DNA of 42,429 nucleotides from positions 1 through 42,429 of the forward strand of contig JBBQDZ010000001.1 of NCBI GenBank assembly GCA_038320185.1, in the 5' to 3' direction. Each line of letters begins with the position of its first letter. Position 1 is the stretch's first letter. Below, in pieces: positions 8,696 through 17,509 of this stretch. The DNA is from Gaiellales bacterium. Lineage in GTDB: Bacteria > Actinomycetota > Thermoleophilia > Gaiellales > Gaiellaceae. The position numbers and the translations under genes are program-made. A model generated the notes under the pieces. The model did not search any database. It was not told the DNA's origin and worked only from the letters and a program-made list of their open reading frames with translations.

Positions 8696-9778
8696 ATGGA
8701 CTCGCGGACGATCGTCGTCCTCGAAGGTGACGAGACGGGCCAAGAGCTCCTCGACCAGGCGCTGCGAGTGCTCGCGCCCGGCGTGACGGGGATCCAGTTC
8801 GAGCTCCCACGGTTCGACCTCTCGCTCGAGTCGCGCCGCCGGACGGAGAATCGGATCGTCTACGAGGCGGCGGCGGCCACAAAGGCCGCAGGCCTGGGGC
8901 TGAAGGCGGCGACGATCACCCCCGAGGGACGCGGCGACGTCGGCTCCCCGAACCGGATCCTCCGCGAGGAGATCGGCGGCCGGGTCATCGTCCGCACCGG
9001 GCGGCGAATCCCCGGTGTCGTGCCGCTCGGCGGCGCCCATGCGCCGATCTCGATCGTCCGGATGGCAGTCGGCGACGCCTACGGAGCGAAGGAGTGGCGC
9101 GAGGGAGAAGGGCTCGACGAGGTGGCCTTTCGGACCGAGCGCATCGAACGACGCGTCTGCCGGGCCGTCGCCGAGTTCGCCTTCCGGCAGGCCGGCGTCG
9201 TCGGCGCGAAGGTCTTCGGAGGCCCGAAGTACACCGTGAGCCCGACCTACGAGGGGATGCTAAAGGAGGAGATGGACGCGGCCGCGGAGCGGCACCAGGA
9301 CGTTCGCTACGACCCGCAGCTGATCGACGCGACGTTCGCGCTACTGATCGCCTCCAGCGGCGAGCCGCTCGTGATCCCGGCCTTGAACCGTGACGGGGAC
9401 ATCCTCTCCGACCTCGTCCTGCCGCTCTTCGGCTCGATCGCCGGATCCGAGTCGATGCTCATCGCCTTCGAGGAGCTGCCTTCCGGGGAGTTCGACATGT
9501 CGGTGCTGATGGCGGAGGCCGCTCACGGCACGGCCCCTTCGCTTCAGGGCAAGGACGTCGCGAACCCGATGGCGATGATCCTGGCCGCAGCGGCACTGCT
9601 CTCGCACCTCGACGAGCAGGGCAAGCAGGCCTCCCGCGCCGTTCGCGAGGCGGCACTCGAGGCCGTCGCGGACGGCGTCCGCACCGCGGATCTCGGAGGC
9701 CACGCCGGAACGACCGAGTACACCGACGAGGTCATCCGCCGCACGCAGTCGAAGCTCGAGGTCTGGGCGACGCTCTAG
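8696..9778 (+). CDS. Isocitrate/isopropylmalate dehydrogenase family protein
   Basis: N-terminus MDSRTIVVLEGDETGQELL and family signature NRDGDILSDL; about 360 aa. The alternative start is GTG 8687. The substrate cannot be assigned from sequence reading alone. Confidence 0.8.
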   Translation: MDSRTIVVLEGDETGQELLDQALRVLAPGVTGIQFELPRFDLSLESRRRTENRIVYEAAAATKAAGLGLKAATITPEGRGDVGSPNRILREEIGGRVIVRTGRRIPGVVPLGGAHAPISIVRMAVGDAYGAKEWREGEGLDEVAFRTERIERRVCRAVAEFAFRQAGVVGAKVFGGPKYTVSPTYEGMLKEEMDAAAERHQDVRYDPQLIDATFALLIASSGEPLVIPALNRDGDILSDLVLPLFGSIAGSESMLIAFEELPSGEFDMSVLMAEAAHGTAPSLQGKDVANPMAMILAAAALLSHLDEQGKQASRAVREAALEAVADGVRTADLGGHAGTTEYTDEVIRRTQSKLEVWATL

Positions 9779-10641
9779 CGCCAGATCCCGACGATCGGAG
9801 ACGCTGCCGCCGAGCGGCCGAGACGGGGGAGCCCCCACGCGTCTTCGATCGTGCGCAGGAGGCCGTAGTGGCCGGTCTGCGAAGCAAACGAGGCGTGGGC
9901 GCGGACGGCAGGCCCGAGAGCGATTGCAGCGACGTGCCCGCCGCCGCCGGCCCGGTCGAGGAACGCGCCTTCGTCGAAGATGACGAAGACGACGGACGAG
10001 CCCGCAAGCCGCCCCGGTGCGAGGATCCGCGCCGAGAAGTCCCGAAACCACCGGTCGGCGGTTGCGAGAGGGCAGTCGTGCGCGTCGTGGCAGAGGTCGG
10101 GCACGACGAGCGCGAAGTCGGGCAGGTCCCCGCGCGCGAGGTCGCGGCGCAGCACGTCGAAGCCGACGACCCTGGCGCGCCTGCGCGGGCTCGAGAGCAC
10201 CGACCGGAAGTAGAGGAACGGCACGTGGCGCTTCGCGTACCGCCCGGAGGACGCACCGAGGAACCCGGTCCGCGGGATGCCCTCGGCGTAGGCCTTCCAC
10301 GACCTCCCGGCGGCCTCGAGAGTGTCGGCGAGGCTGCGCCCCGAGACGACGCAGTCGGTGCAGTCGTCGACGACTCCCTGGGTCGAGCCCGAGACGAGGG
10401 CGAGGTAGTTCGGGAGGCTCGGGTGCGTGACGGCCCGGTACCGCGTCAGGTCGGCGAAGCGGCGGGCGAGCGCCGTGAACGTGGGCGCACCGGGTGAGCC
10501 GATCACGGTTGGGCGCGACTGGTTCTCGAAGACGACCACGAGGACGTGCGCGAACCGCGGGACGCCGCCGCGGCCTCGCGCCGCTCCCGCTGGGAACATT
10601 GCAAGCGCGGCGACGAGCACGAGGCACGCCGCACGCCTCAC
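9775..10641 (-). CDS. Secreted phosphoesterase family protein (AcpA / phospholipase C-like)
   Basis: Signal-peptide-like N-terminus VRRAACLVLVAALAMFPAGAARG. Motifs VVVFENQS, SLPNYLALVSGST, HVPFLYF and PDLCHDAHD. The preferred start is GTG 10641. The longer ORF overlaps dedA. Confidence 0.7.
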   Translation of the reverse strand: MRRAACLVLVAALAMFPAGAARGRGGVPRFAHVLVVVFENQSRPTVIGSPGAPTFTALARRFADLTRYRAVTHPSLPNYLALVSGSTQGVVDDCTDCVVSGRSLADTLEAAGRSWKAYAEGIPRTGFLGASSGRYAKRHVPFLYFRSVLSSPRRRARVVGFDVLRRDLARGDLPDFALVVPDLCHDAHDCPLATADRWFRDFSARILAPGRLAGSSVVFVIFDEGAFLDRAGGGGHVAAIALGPAVRAHASFASQTGHYGLLRTIEDAWGLPRLGRSAAASPIVGIWR

Positions 10642-10736
10642 GCCGACACGTAGATCCGACGGTTTCCGGGCAGACGAACCCAGACGGACGTCCGGGCAAG
10701 CCCGCCCGCCCTGGAGCCGGCACCGCAAGCGGTGCC

Positions 10737-11336
10737 TCAGGCCTGCTTGCCCTCGAGTCCCAGCCGGCGCTTCCAGAAGCGAAGGCCGAAGAAGGCCGCC
10801 ACCGCCAGGACGGCGATCACGGCCGCCGCGACGTAGCCGTAGCGGTCGATCGCGTTGCCTGCCGCGTGGCCGCCGTAGTACGCGAGTAGCCCGATTCCCG
10901 TCGCCCAGCAGATGCCACCGGCTGCGTTCCACGCGAGGAACCGCCACCAGGGCATCTTCGAGATACCCGCGAGCCACGCGGCCGTGAAGCGCAGGACGGC
11001 GACGAAGCGACCGATGAACACGGTCTTGCCGCCATGACGCTCGAAGAAGCGCTCCGAGGGCGGGAGCACGCGGTCGGCAAACCGCTTCAACGTCGCGGAA
11101 CGCTCGACGAGCCGCAGCGCACCGAGCCGCGCCGCCCAGTAGCCGCCGTTATCCCCGATGATGGCCGCCGCCGCGGCCACGACGATCACCCACCAGATGT
11201 GCGCCACCTTTCCGGAAGCGGATGCGATGCCCGCCGCGATCAGGGCCGTCTCGCCCGGCAGCGGGATCCCTGCGGACTCGAGCAGGACGAGCACGAACAG
11301 GAGCGCGAGGCCGTAGGTCTGGACGAGGTGGGTCAC
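10737..11336 (-). CDS. DedA family inner-membrane protein
   Basis: LLESAGIPLPGETALIAAG and FIGRFVAVLR motifs with multiple hydrophobic helices. The GTG start is preceded by TAGACT plus 8 nt. Confidence 0.85.
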   Translation of the reverse strand: MTHLVQTYGLALLFVLVLLESAGIPLPGETALIAAGIASASGKVAHIWWVIVVAAAAAIIGDNGGYWAARLGALRLVERSATLKRFADRVLPPSERFFERHGGKTVFIGRFVAVLRFTAAWLAGISKMPWWRFLAWNAAGGICWATGIGLLAYYGGHAAGNAIDRYGYVAAAVIAVLAVAAFFGLRFWKRRLGLEGKQA

Positions 11337-11344
11337 GTCGATCC

Positions 11345-11350
11345 AGTCTA
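11345..11350 (-). promoter_or_regulatory. -10-like hexamer TAGACT, 8 nt upstream of the dedA GTG
   Basis: The minus strand reads CG TAGACT GGATCGAC GTG. Confidence 0.4.
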
Positions 11351-11540
11351 CGGTCCGCGCCTCGCGGCGCCCCTGGAGTGCTTCGTTCCAGAAGTCACGC
11401 GCGCTCTGGCGGCTGCAAAGCGGCGTCGGATCTGCGTCCTAGGTCGCCCCGCTATGTCCACATGTCGGGGCTCCCTGCGTCCTTGTCCGGCTTGCTTTTT
11501 CGCGCGCCAGGATCATCACGCGACTTCTCGGACGGAGCAC

Positions 11541-11546
11541 TAGAGT
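11541..11546 (+). promoter_or_regulatory. -10-like hexamer TAGAGT, 9 nt upstream of the pntAA ATG
   Basis: The sequence gcac TAGAGT tgccccggc ATG. No SD is present. Confidence 0.4.
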
Positions 11547-11555
11547 TGCCCCGGC

Positions 11556-12659
11556 ATGCGGATCGGAGTCCCGAGAGAGACGGCGTCCGGGGAGCGCCGT
11601 GTCGCTCTCGTTCCCGACGCGGTGGCCCGGTTAGCCGGCGCGGGCTTCGAAGTCGTCTTCGAGGCCGGGGCGGGTTCGCGTGCGTCCCTCGCCGACGACC
11701 GCTACGCGGAGGCGGGCGCCCAGGTGACCGACGCAGCGACGGTCTACGACTCCACGGACGCCATTGTCAAGGTGCAGAAGCCGAATGACGATGAGATCGA
11801 GCTGCTCTCCGTCGGCACAGTGCTGGTCGGCTTCCTCCAGCCGCTCACCGATCGCGATCGGATCGAGCGCCTCGGCGCCCGAGGTGTGCGGGCGTTCGCC
11901 ATGGAGTCGATCCCGCGGATCACGCGCGCACAGCCGATGGATGCGCTCTCGTCGCAGGCGACGGTGGCGGGATACAAGGCCGTCCTCATCGCGGCCGACC
12001 GGTTACCGAGGTTCTTCCCGATGCTGACGACGGCTGCGGGCACCGTCGCGCCGGCGAAGGTGCTCGTGATCGGGGCCGGAGTCGCCGGCCTGCAGGCGAT
12101 CGCGACCGCGCGACGGCTCGGCGCGGTTGTCTCGGGCTTCGACGTGCGCCCGGTCGTCCGAGAGCAGGTCGAGAGCCTCGGGGCGAGCTTCCTCGACCTG
12201 GGCGTCGTCGGCGAGGAGACGGCCGGCGGCTACGCACAGGAGCTCTCCACCGACGAGCAGCGCGCCCAGCAGGAGGCTCTCGAGGCCCGCCTCCCGGACT
12301 TCGACGTCGTCGTCACGACCGCCCTCGTCCCGGGCCGGCCCGCTCCGAAGCTGATCCCCGGGTCGGCGGTCGCGGCCATGCGCCCGGGCTCCGTCATCGT
12401 CGACCTCGCAGCCGAGGCGGGCGGCAATTGCGCTCTCACCGTGCCGGGGGAGGTCGTGGAGCGAGAGGATGTGACGATCGTCGGCCTCACGAACCTCCCG
12501 AGCACGATGCCTCACCACGCTAGCCAACTCTACGCCCGGAACGTCTCGGCGTTGCTCCAGCATCTTGCGCCCGGCGGAGAGCTCCAGCTCGACTTCGCGG
12601 ACGAGATCACCGCCGCCGCCTGCGTGACGCCCCGGGGGGTGGGTGCGGGGGCCGTATGA
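11556..12659 (+). CDS. pntAA: NAD(P) transhydrogenase subunit alpha, part 1 (dI)
   Basis: MRIGVPRETASGERRVALVP and Rossmann motif VLVIGAGVAGLQAI, showing alanine-dehydrogenase-like architecture. ATGA overlap with pntAB. Confidence 0.9.
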   Translation: MRIGVPRETASGERRVALVPDAVARLAGAGFEVVFEAGAGSRASLADDRYAEAGAQVTDAATVYDSTDAIVKVQKPNDDEIELLSVGTVLVGFLQPLTDRDRIERLGARGVRAFAMESIPRITRAQPMDALSSQATVAGYKAVLIAADRLPRFFPMLTTAAGTVAPAKVLVIGAGVAGLQAIATARRLGAVVSGFDVRPVVREQVESLGASFLDLGVVGEETAGGYAQELSTDEQRAQQEALEARLPDFDVVVTTALVPGRPAPKLIPGSAVAAMRPGSVIVDLAAEAGGNCALTVPGEVVEREDVTIVGLTNLPSTMPHHASQLYARNVSALLQHLAPGGELQLDFADEITAAACVTPRGVGAGAV

Positions 12660-12967
12660 GGACGAGCCAGGTGATAATCGAGGTGACGATCCTCGTGCTC
12701 GCGATCTTCCTCGGCTTCGAGGTGATCTCAAAGGTTCCGACGCTGCTCCACACCCCTCTCATGTCGGGCACGAACGCGATCCACGGCATCGTCCTCGTGG
12801 GCGCGATCGTCGTCGCGGGGCTCCCGCACCAGGCGACGTGGGTGCGCGTCGTCGCGCTTGCGGCCGTCGCGCTCGGGACGATGAACGTCGTCGGCGGCTT
12901 CGTCGTCACCGACCGGATGCTCGAGATGTTCAAACGGCGCCGGGATGACGAGAGACAACCTCGTTAG
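12656..12967 (+). CDS. pntAB: NAD(P) transhydrogenase subunit alpha, part 2 (membrane dII-alpha)
   Basis: 103 aa and hydrophobic. LHTPLMSGTNAIHGIVLVGA motif. Confidence 0.9.
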   Translation: MRTSQVIIEVTILVLAIFLGFEVISKVPTLLHTPLMSGTNAIHGIVLVGAIVVAGLPHQATWVRVVALAAVALGTMNVVGGFVVTDRMLEMFKRRRDDERQPR

Positions 12968-14339
12968 TCTCGCCTACGTGGCCACGACCGTGGCCTTCAT
13001 CCTCGCGCTGCGGTTCCTGTCGTCGCCGACGACGGCTCGGCTCGGCAACCGGCTCGGGGCCGCCGGCATGGCCCTGGCCCTGGTCGCCACCTTCGCGCAG
13101 CGCGGACTTCACAACTACCTCTCGATCCTGATTGTCATGGCGGTCTCGGCGCCGGTGGGCGCGGTCGCTGCACGGGGCGTGAGGATGACCGCAATACCCC
13201 AGATGGTGGCGCTCTTCAACGGCGTCGGCGGCGGAGCGGCGGCGCTCATCGCCCTCGCCGAGTTTCACGACCGGGCACCGGCGCCGGGCCGGATCCCCTT
13301 CAACGTCGGCCTCTCGACGATCCTCAGCGCGCTGATCGGCAGCGTGTCCTTCAGCGGGAGCCTCGTCGCGTTCGCAAAGCTCCAGGAGCTCGTCTCGGGT
13401 CGGCCAATCACCTATCCGGGCCAGAAGACCGGGAACGCCGCATTGCTCGCAGCCGCCGTCGGCGTCGGCGTCGCCGTCCTCGCGGGCCCCCAACGCGACG
13501 GGCTGCTGGTGGGCCTGATCGCTGGGGCCTGCGTGCTCGGAATCCTCTTCGTGCTCCCGATCGGAGGCGCGGACATGCCGGTCGTCATCTCGATGCTGAA
13601 CGCCTTCACCGGGCTGGCTGCCGCGGCAACAGGCTTCGTGCTGCACAACCACGTCCTGATCGTGAGCGGCGCGCTCGTGGGGGCCTCGGGAACGCTCCTG
13701 ACCCTCCTGATGGGGCGCGCCATGAACCGATCCGTCGGCAACGTCCTCTTCGGCGCCTTCGGGCAGGTCGCGACCACTCCGGGCGACGCCGGTCCAGCCG
13801 CCGACGGCGTCGTGCGCTCGACCTCCGCCGAGGACGTCGGGATCATGCTCAGCTATGCCAAGCGGGTGGTCATCGTGCCGGGGTACGGCATGGCGGTCGC
13901 CCAGGCGCAGCACAACGTGCGCGAGCTGGCCGCGGAGCTCGAGAAGAAGGGCGTGGACGTCAGGTACGCGATCCACCCGGTCGCTGGGCGGATGCCGGGC
14001 CACATGAACGTCCTCCTCGCGGAGGCGAACGTGCCCTACACGCAGCTCCAGGAGATGGACGAGATCAACCCCGAGTTCCCGCGCACCGACGTCGCGCTCG
14101 TCATCGGGGCCAACGACGTGACGAACCCCGCCGCCCGGAGTTCCCCGGCCAGCCCCATCTATGGAATGCCGATCCTCGACGTCGACCGGGCACAGCACGT
14201 CGTCGTCCTCAAGCGCAGCATGAATCCCGGCTTTGCCGGCATCGACAACGAGCTCTACCTCGACCCGAAGACGGTGATGCTCTTCGGGGACGCCAAGGAC
14301 TCCGTCGTGAAGCTCGTGGCTGCTGTCAAGGCCGCGTAG
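12945..14339 (+). CDS. pntB: NAD(P) transhydrogenase subunit beta
   Basis: Polytopic N-terminal half plus a dIII NADP(H) domain (VIVPGYGMAVAQAQH, YAIHPVAGRMPGHMNVLLAEA, VIGANDVTNP). Confidence 0.9.
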   Translation: MTRDNLVSLAYVATTVAFILALRFLSSPTTARLGNRLGAAGMALALVATFAQRGLHNYLSILIVMAVSAPVGAVAARGVRMTAIPQMVALFNGVGGGAAALIALAEFHDRAPAPGRIPFNVGLSTILSALIGSVSFSGSLVAFAKLQELVSGRPITYPGQKTGNAALLAAAVGVGVAVLAGPQRDGLLVGLIAGACVLGILFVLPIGGADMPVVISMLNAFTGLAAAATGFVLHNHVLIVSGALVGASGTLLTLLMGRAMNRSVGNVLFGAFGQVATTPGDAGPAADGVVRSTSAEDVGIMLSYAKRVVIVPGYGMAVAQAQHNVRELAAELEKKGVDVRYAIHPVAGRMPGHMNVLLAEANVPYTQLQEMDEINPEFPRTDVALVIGANDVTNPAARSSPASPIYGMPILDVDRAQHVVVLKRSMNPGFAGIDNELYLDPKTVMLFGDAKDSVVKLVAAVKAA

Positions 14340-14348
14340 CGCCGGCTC

Positions 14349-15296
14349 GTGGCGGCCCGGCGGATCCCTGTCTTCGCGGCGCGCCACGTCGAGGCGGCGG
14401 TCTCGCCCGCGAGTGCGCTCGCCGCCGTCCGCGAGGCCTTCGTCGCCTATGCGGCCGGCGATTGGACGATGCCTCCCAAGGTCTACGTGCACGCCTACCC
14501 TGCCGGCGACTTCCGTGCGATGCCCGCGCTCGGAGGCGGGCACGCGCTCCTGAAGTGGGTGACGTCCTTCCCCGGAAACCCGGGCCGCGGCCTGCCGACG
14601 GTGGCGGGGCTCGTGCTGCTCTCGGACGCGACAGACGGATCGCTCGTGGCGGTGATCGACGCGGCGTCGGTCACGGCGCTGCGAACCGGAGCCGCGGCCG
14701 TGCTCGCAGCCGAGACGCTTGCAAGGCCGGATGCCGGGGGCGCGTGCGTGATCGGCGCCGGAGTCAACGGCCGGGCGGTCGCGCGCACCTTCGCTGCCGT
14801 TGGGCGGCAAGTCTCCCTCTTCGACATCGACGCCGGCCGCGCGGCCGGCGCCGCGGCCGAGCTCGGGGTGGCGCTCGCAGGCTCGCGAGCAGAGGCCCTG
14901 GCAGCCGACGTGGTCGCGACGGTGACGCCCGGACTCGAGCCCGTCTTCGCCGCGGGGAGCCTGCGGCCGGGGCAGCACGTGAGCCTGATGGGCGCAGACG
15001 GGCCTGGCAAGGCCGAGGTCGCCGTGGAGGAGCTCGCGCGGTCGAGGCTCTTCTGCGACGACTGGGAGCAGGCGAGCCACTCAGGCGATCTGGCGCACGC
15101 CGTCGAGCGAGGGCTGGTCGACCGCGAGGACGTCGCACAGCTGGGCGACGTTCTCGCCGGGCATGCGGCCGGCAGGCAGTCTGACGAGGACATCACGATC
15201 TTCGACTCGACGGGCCTCGCGATTCAGGACCTCGCAATCGCGCGGGTGCTGCTGGAGCGGGCGGACGAGCTCGACGTGCCGATGATCGACCTCTAG
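14349..15296 (+). CDS. Ornithine cyclodeaminase / mu-crystallin family NAD(P)-dependent enzyme
   Basis: Family-typical KWV.SFPGNP, TALRTGAAA and Rossmann VIGAGVNGRA. GTG start 9 nt after the pntB stop. Confidence 0.8.
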   Translation: MAARRIPVFAARHVEAAVSPASALAAVREAFVAYAAGDWTMPPKVYVHAYPAGDFRAMPALGGGHALLKWVTSFPGNPGRGLPTVAGLVLLSDATDGSLVAVIDAASVTALRTGAAAVLAAETLARPDAGGACVIGAGVNGRAVARTFAAVGRQVSLFDIDAGRAAGAAAELGVALAGSRAEALAADVVATVTPGLEPVFAAGSLRPGQHVSLMGADGPGKAEVAVEELARSRLFCDDWEQASHSGDLAHAVERGLVDREDVAQLGDVLAGHAAGRQSDEDITIFDSTGLAIQDLAIARVLLERADELDVPMIDL

Positions 15297-15346
15297 CGCT
15301 CCCTTGACGTCTCGAGGTACGAGGTTCGCTCCGGAACAAGCGGCGC

Positions 15347-16474
15347 CTAGATCCCGAGCCGGGCCGGTTCGAAGAGCTCGAGCTCGGGTGCGGGCTGACC
15401 TAGGATCGCCTTCGCGACGAGCTCCCCGCAGGCGAGCCCGAGGACGTTGCCGTGCCCTGAGTAGCCGCACGCGACCCAGACCCGCTCGCTGCCGGGGAAG
15501 CGCCCCGCGAGCGGAAGGCGGTCGGGTGTTACACCGAAGATCCCCGCCCAGCGGTGCGTGATCTGCGGCACCTCTCCGAGCAGCTCGCGGAGGAACCGCT
15601 CGATCTGCTCCTGGACGAGCGGTGTCGTCTCCTCGACCGCCGTCGCCTCGGTCTCGAGGCTCGCGTCGCGCCAGCCACCGACCACGAGTCGCCCGTCCGG
15701 TAGTTGCTGCCAGTAGTCGAAGCCGTGTCGCGCGTAGTGCGGGCACGTGAAGATCCGCTCGGCGAGCGGTGCGGTGGCGACCATCTGCCCGCGTGTCGGC
15801 TGCACGACCCGGTCGAGCCCGGGCAGGAGGCCGCGCGTGTACCCGTCGGTCGCGATCACGACCGTCTCGCCCTCCAGATCCGCGATCGACTCCACCCGGC
15901 TCTCCTCCCGGATCTCCGCCCCCGCCTCCGCGGCCAGTCGGGCGAGGCGGCGGACCCACCGAGCCGGGTGAAGAGCGCCGTCCGGAGGATGGCGGATCGC
16001 CCCGTGGAAGCGTGCGCCCAAGGGCGTAGACAGCTCGTCTTCCCAGACCACCGCGAAGCCGTCGTCGACAAGCGCGTCGTGCTCCCCCCGGAGCTCGGCG
16101 CGCTCTGCGTCGTCAGCGGCGAGGCGGAGGCTGGAAGTCCGCCTGAACGAGTCGCCCGCGAGTTCCGCGAGGTGCTCGAGCGCCCGTTCGCTCAGCTGCC
16201 AGAGCACCCGGGAGCGGGCAGCGCCGAGCTCCCGCCGAGCGACGTCGTAGGGCATCGCGCCGCCGCGAAGGGCGAACCCACCGTTCCGACCGCTCGCTCC
16301 GCTGGCGATGCGCCGCGCCTCGTGCAGGCGCACGCGCACGCCGCCGCGCGCGAGCACGAGCGCAGCCGTGCAGCCCGTCACCCCACCGCCGACGATCTCG
16401 ACTTCGGGCCCGCCCCGCAGGGTGGCAGAGCGGAAGGCCTCCGCCGGCTCGGCGAGCCAGTACGGCGTCTGCAT
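15347..16474 (-). CDS. FAD-dependent oxidoreductase (DAO / glycine-D-amino-acid oxidase family)
   Basis: N-terminal dinucleotide fold EIVGGGVTGCTAALVLARGG, then SGRNGG. 375 aa. Confidence 0.8.
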   Translation of the reverse strand: MQTPYWLAEPAEAFRSATLRGGPEVEIVGGGVTGCTAALVLARGGVRVRLHEARRIASGASGRNGGFALRGGAMPYDVARRELGAARSRVLWQLSERALEHLAELAGDSFRRTSSLRLAADDAERAELRGEHDALVDDGFAVVWEDELSTPLGARFHGAIRHPPDGALHPARWVRRLARLAAEAGAEIREESRVESIADLEGETVVIATDGYTRGLLPGLDRVVQPTRGQMVATAPLAERIFTCPHYARHGFDYWQQLPDGRLVVGGWRDASLETEATAVEETTPLVQEQIERFLRELLGEVPQITHRWAGIFGVTPDRLPLAGRFPGSERVWVACGYSGHGNVLGLACGELVAKAILGQPAPELELFEPARLGI

Positions 16475-16480
16475 CCGTCG

Positions 16481-16486
16481 ATGTTA
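16481..16486 (-). promoter_or_regulatory. -10-like hexamer TAACAT, 6 nt upstream of the oxidoreductase ATG
   Basis: The minus strand reads CC TAACAT CGACGG ATG. Confidence 0.35.
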
Positions 16487-16487
16487 G

Positions 16488-16511
16488 GGGGTGTCCGGAT
16501 GGACAGACCCT
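16488..16511. repeat. Isolated copy of the GGACAGACCC hairpin repeat
   Basis: GGGTGTCC-GGAT-GGAC(AG)ACCC is an imperfect hairpin. It shares the 11-nt core GGACAGACCCT with the repeats at 36.8-37.0 kb. It abuts the dprA stop codon. Confidence 0.5.
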
Positions 16512-17509
16512 CACGACCTCACGATCGCCCGATAGACACCCCCTTCCTCTTCGACGAGGCCCGCCAGCTCGAGCTCGACAAGAACGGTTGCGAGCGCAGC
16601 CGCGTCGAGGGCCGCAGCGCGCGCCAGCTCATCCGCCCCGGCGGCCTCGTCCTGGAGTCGCCGCAGAACCGACGCCGCGGGCTCCTCCAGATGTGGAGCG
16701 CATCTGGCCGTCAGACGGATCCCGAACGCCTCCAGCACGTCGTCGGCACACGTCGCGGGGGTGGCACCAGCCCGTAGGAGCCTGTTCGTGCCGGTCGAGA
16801 GCGAGGAGGTGATCTCTCCGGGCACGGCGTAGACCTCGCGCCCCTCCTCCATCGCCAGATCCGCGGTGATCAGCGCGCCGCTTCGCTCTCGGGCCTGGAC
16901 GACCACGAGTGCCGCGCAGAGGCCCGCGATGATGCGGTTGCGCGCAGGGAATCGCCACGGCGCCGGCTCCACGCCCGGCGGGTACTCCGAGACGATCAGC
17001 CCGGAGGCGGCGATCCGCTGCGCCAAGTCGCGGTGCGCGGCCGGATAGTCGCGGTCGATACCGCACCCGAGCACCGCGATGGTGGGACCGCCTGCCTCCA
17101 GCGCGCCGCGGTGCGCCTCGCCGTCGATTCCGCGCGCCAGGCCGCTGACGACGACGAGCCCTGCTGCCGCGAGCTCTCGCCCGAGCTGCCGGGCCACCTG
17201 GGCTCCGTAGCCGGAGCACGCCCTCGCTCCGACGAGGCCGACGCAGGGGCGCTCGAAGGCCTCGATGGGTGCTGCACCGCGCAGGAAGAGGCCCGCCGGC
17301 GGGTCGAAGATGGCCGCGAGGGTAGAGGGGAAGCCGGGATCCGTACGCCCGACCCAGCAAACACCCCGACGTGTCAGCTCCCGCCTGTATCGGGTCTCGT
17401 CGAAGTCCTTCAGGAACGCCTTCAGCCGCCGGCCGGGCGCCTCGCGCGCGGGCCGCGCGGCGCCTCCCTCGACGGTTCCGAGAAAGGCCCCTTGCGCCAG
17501 CTCGCTCAC
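16511..17509 (-). CDS. dprA: DNA processing protein DprA (Smf)
   Basis: GLARGIDGEAHRGAL, VLGCGIDRDYP and FPARNRIIAGL motifs. GTGA overlap with the comM stop. Confidence 0.9.
   Translation of the reverse strand: MSELAQGAFLGTVEGGAARPAREAPGRRLKAFLKDFDETRYRRELTRRGVCWVGRTDPGFPSTLAAIFDPPAGLFLRGAAPIEAFERPCVGLVGARACSGYGAQVARQLGRELAAAGLVVVSGLARGIDGEAHRGALEAGGPTIAVLGCGIDRDYPAAHRDLAQRIAASGLIVSEYPPGVEPAPWRFPARNRIIAGLCAALVVVQARERSGALITADLAMEEGREVYAVPGEITSSLSTGTNRLLRAGATPATCADDVLEAFGIRLTARCAPHLEEPAASVLRRLQDEAAGADELARAAALDAAALATVLVELELAGLVEEEGGVYRAIVRS

Noticed and set aside
8642-9040. N-terminal extension of the TopIB ORF.
   Set aside because: It overlaps the divergent dehydrogenase gene and is Asp/Arg/Pro-rich with no similarity to TopIB. 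GTG 8641 gives a typical TopIB length of about 338 aa.
9775-9778. The convergent dehydrogenase and phosphoesterase genes share the palindrome CTAG as stop codons on both strands (TAG 9776-9778 plus strand, TAG 9777-9775 minus strand).
   Set aside because: The overlap is real, but it is a trivial consequence of tight packing. There is no terminator or regulatory structure to interpret.
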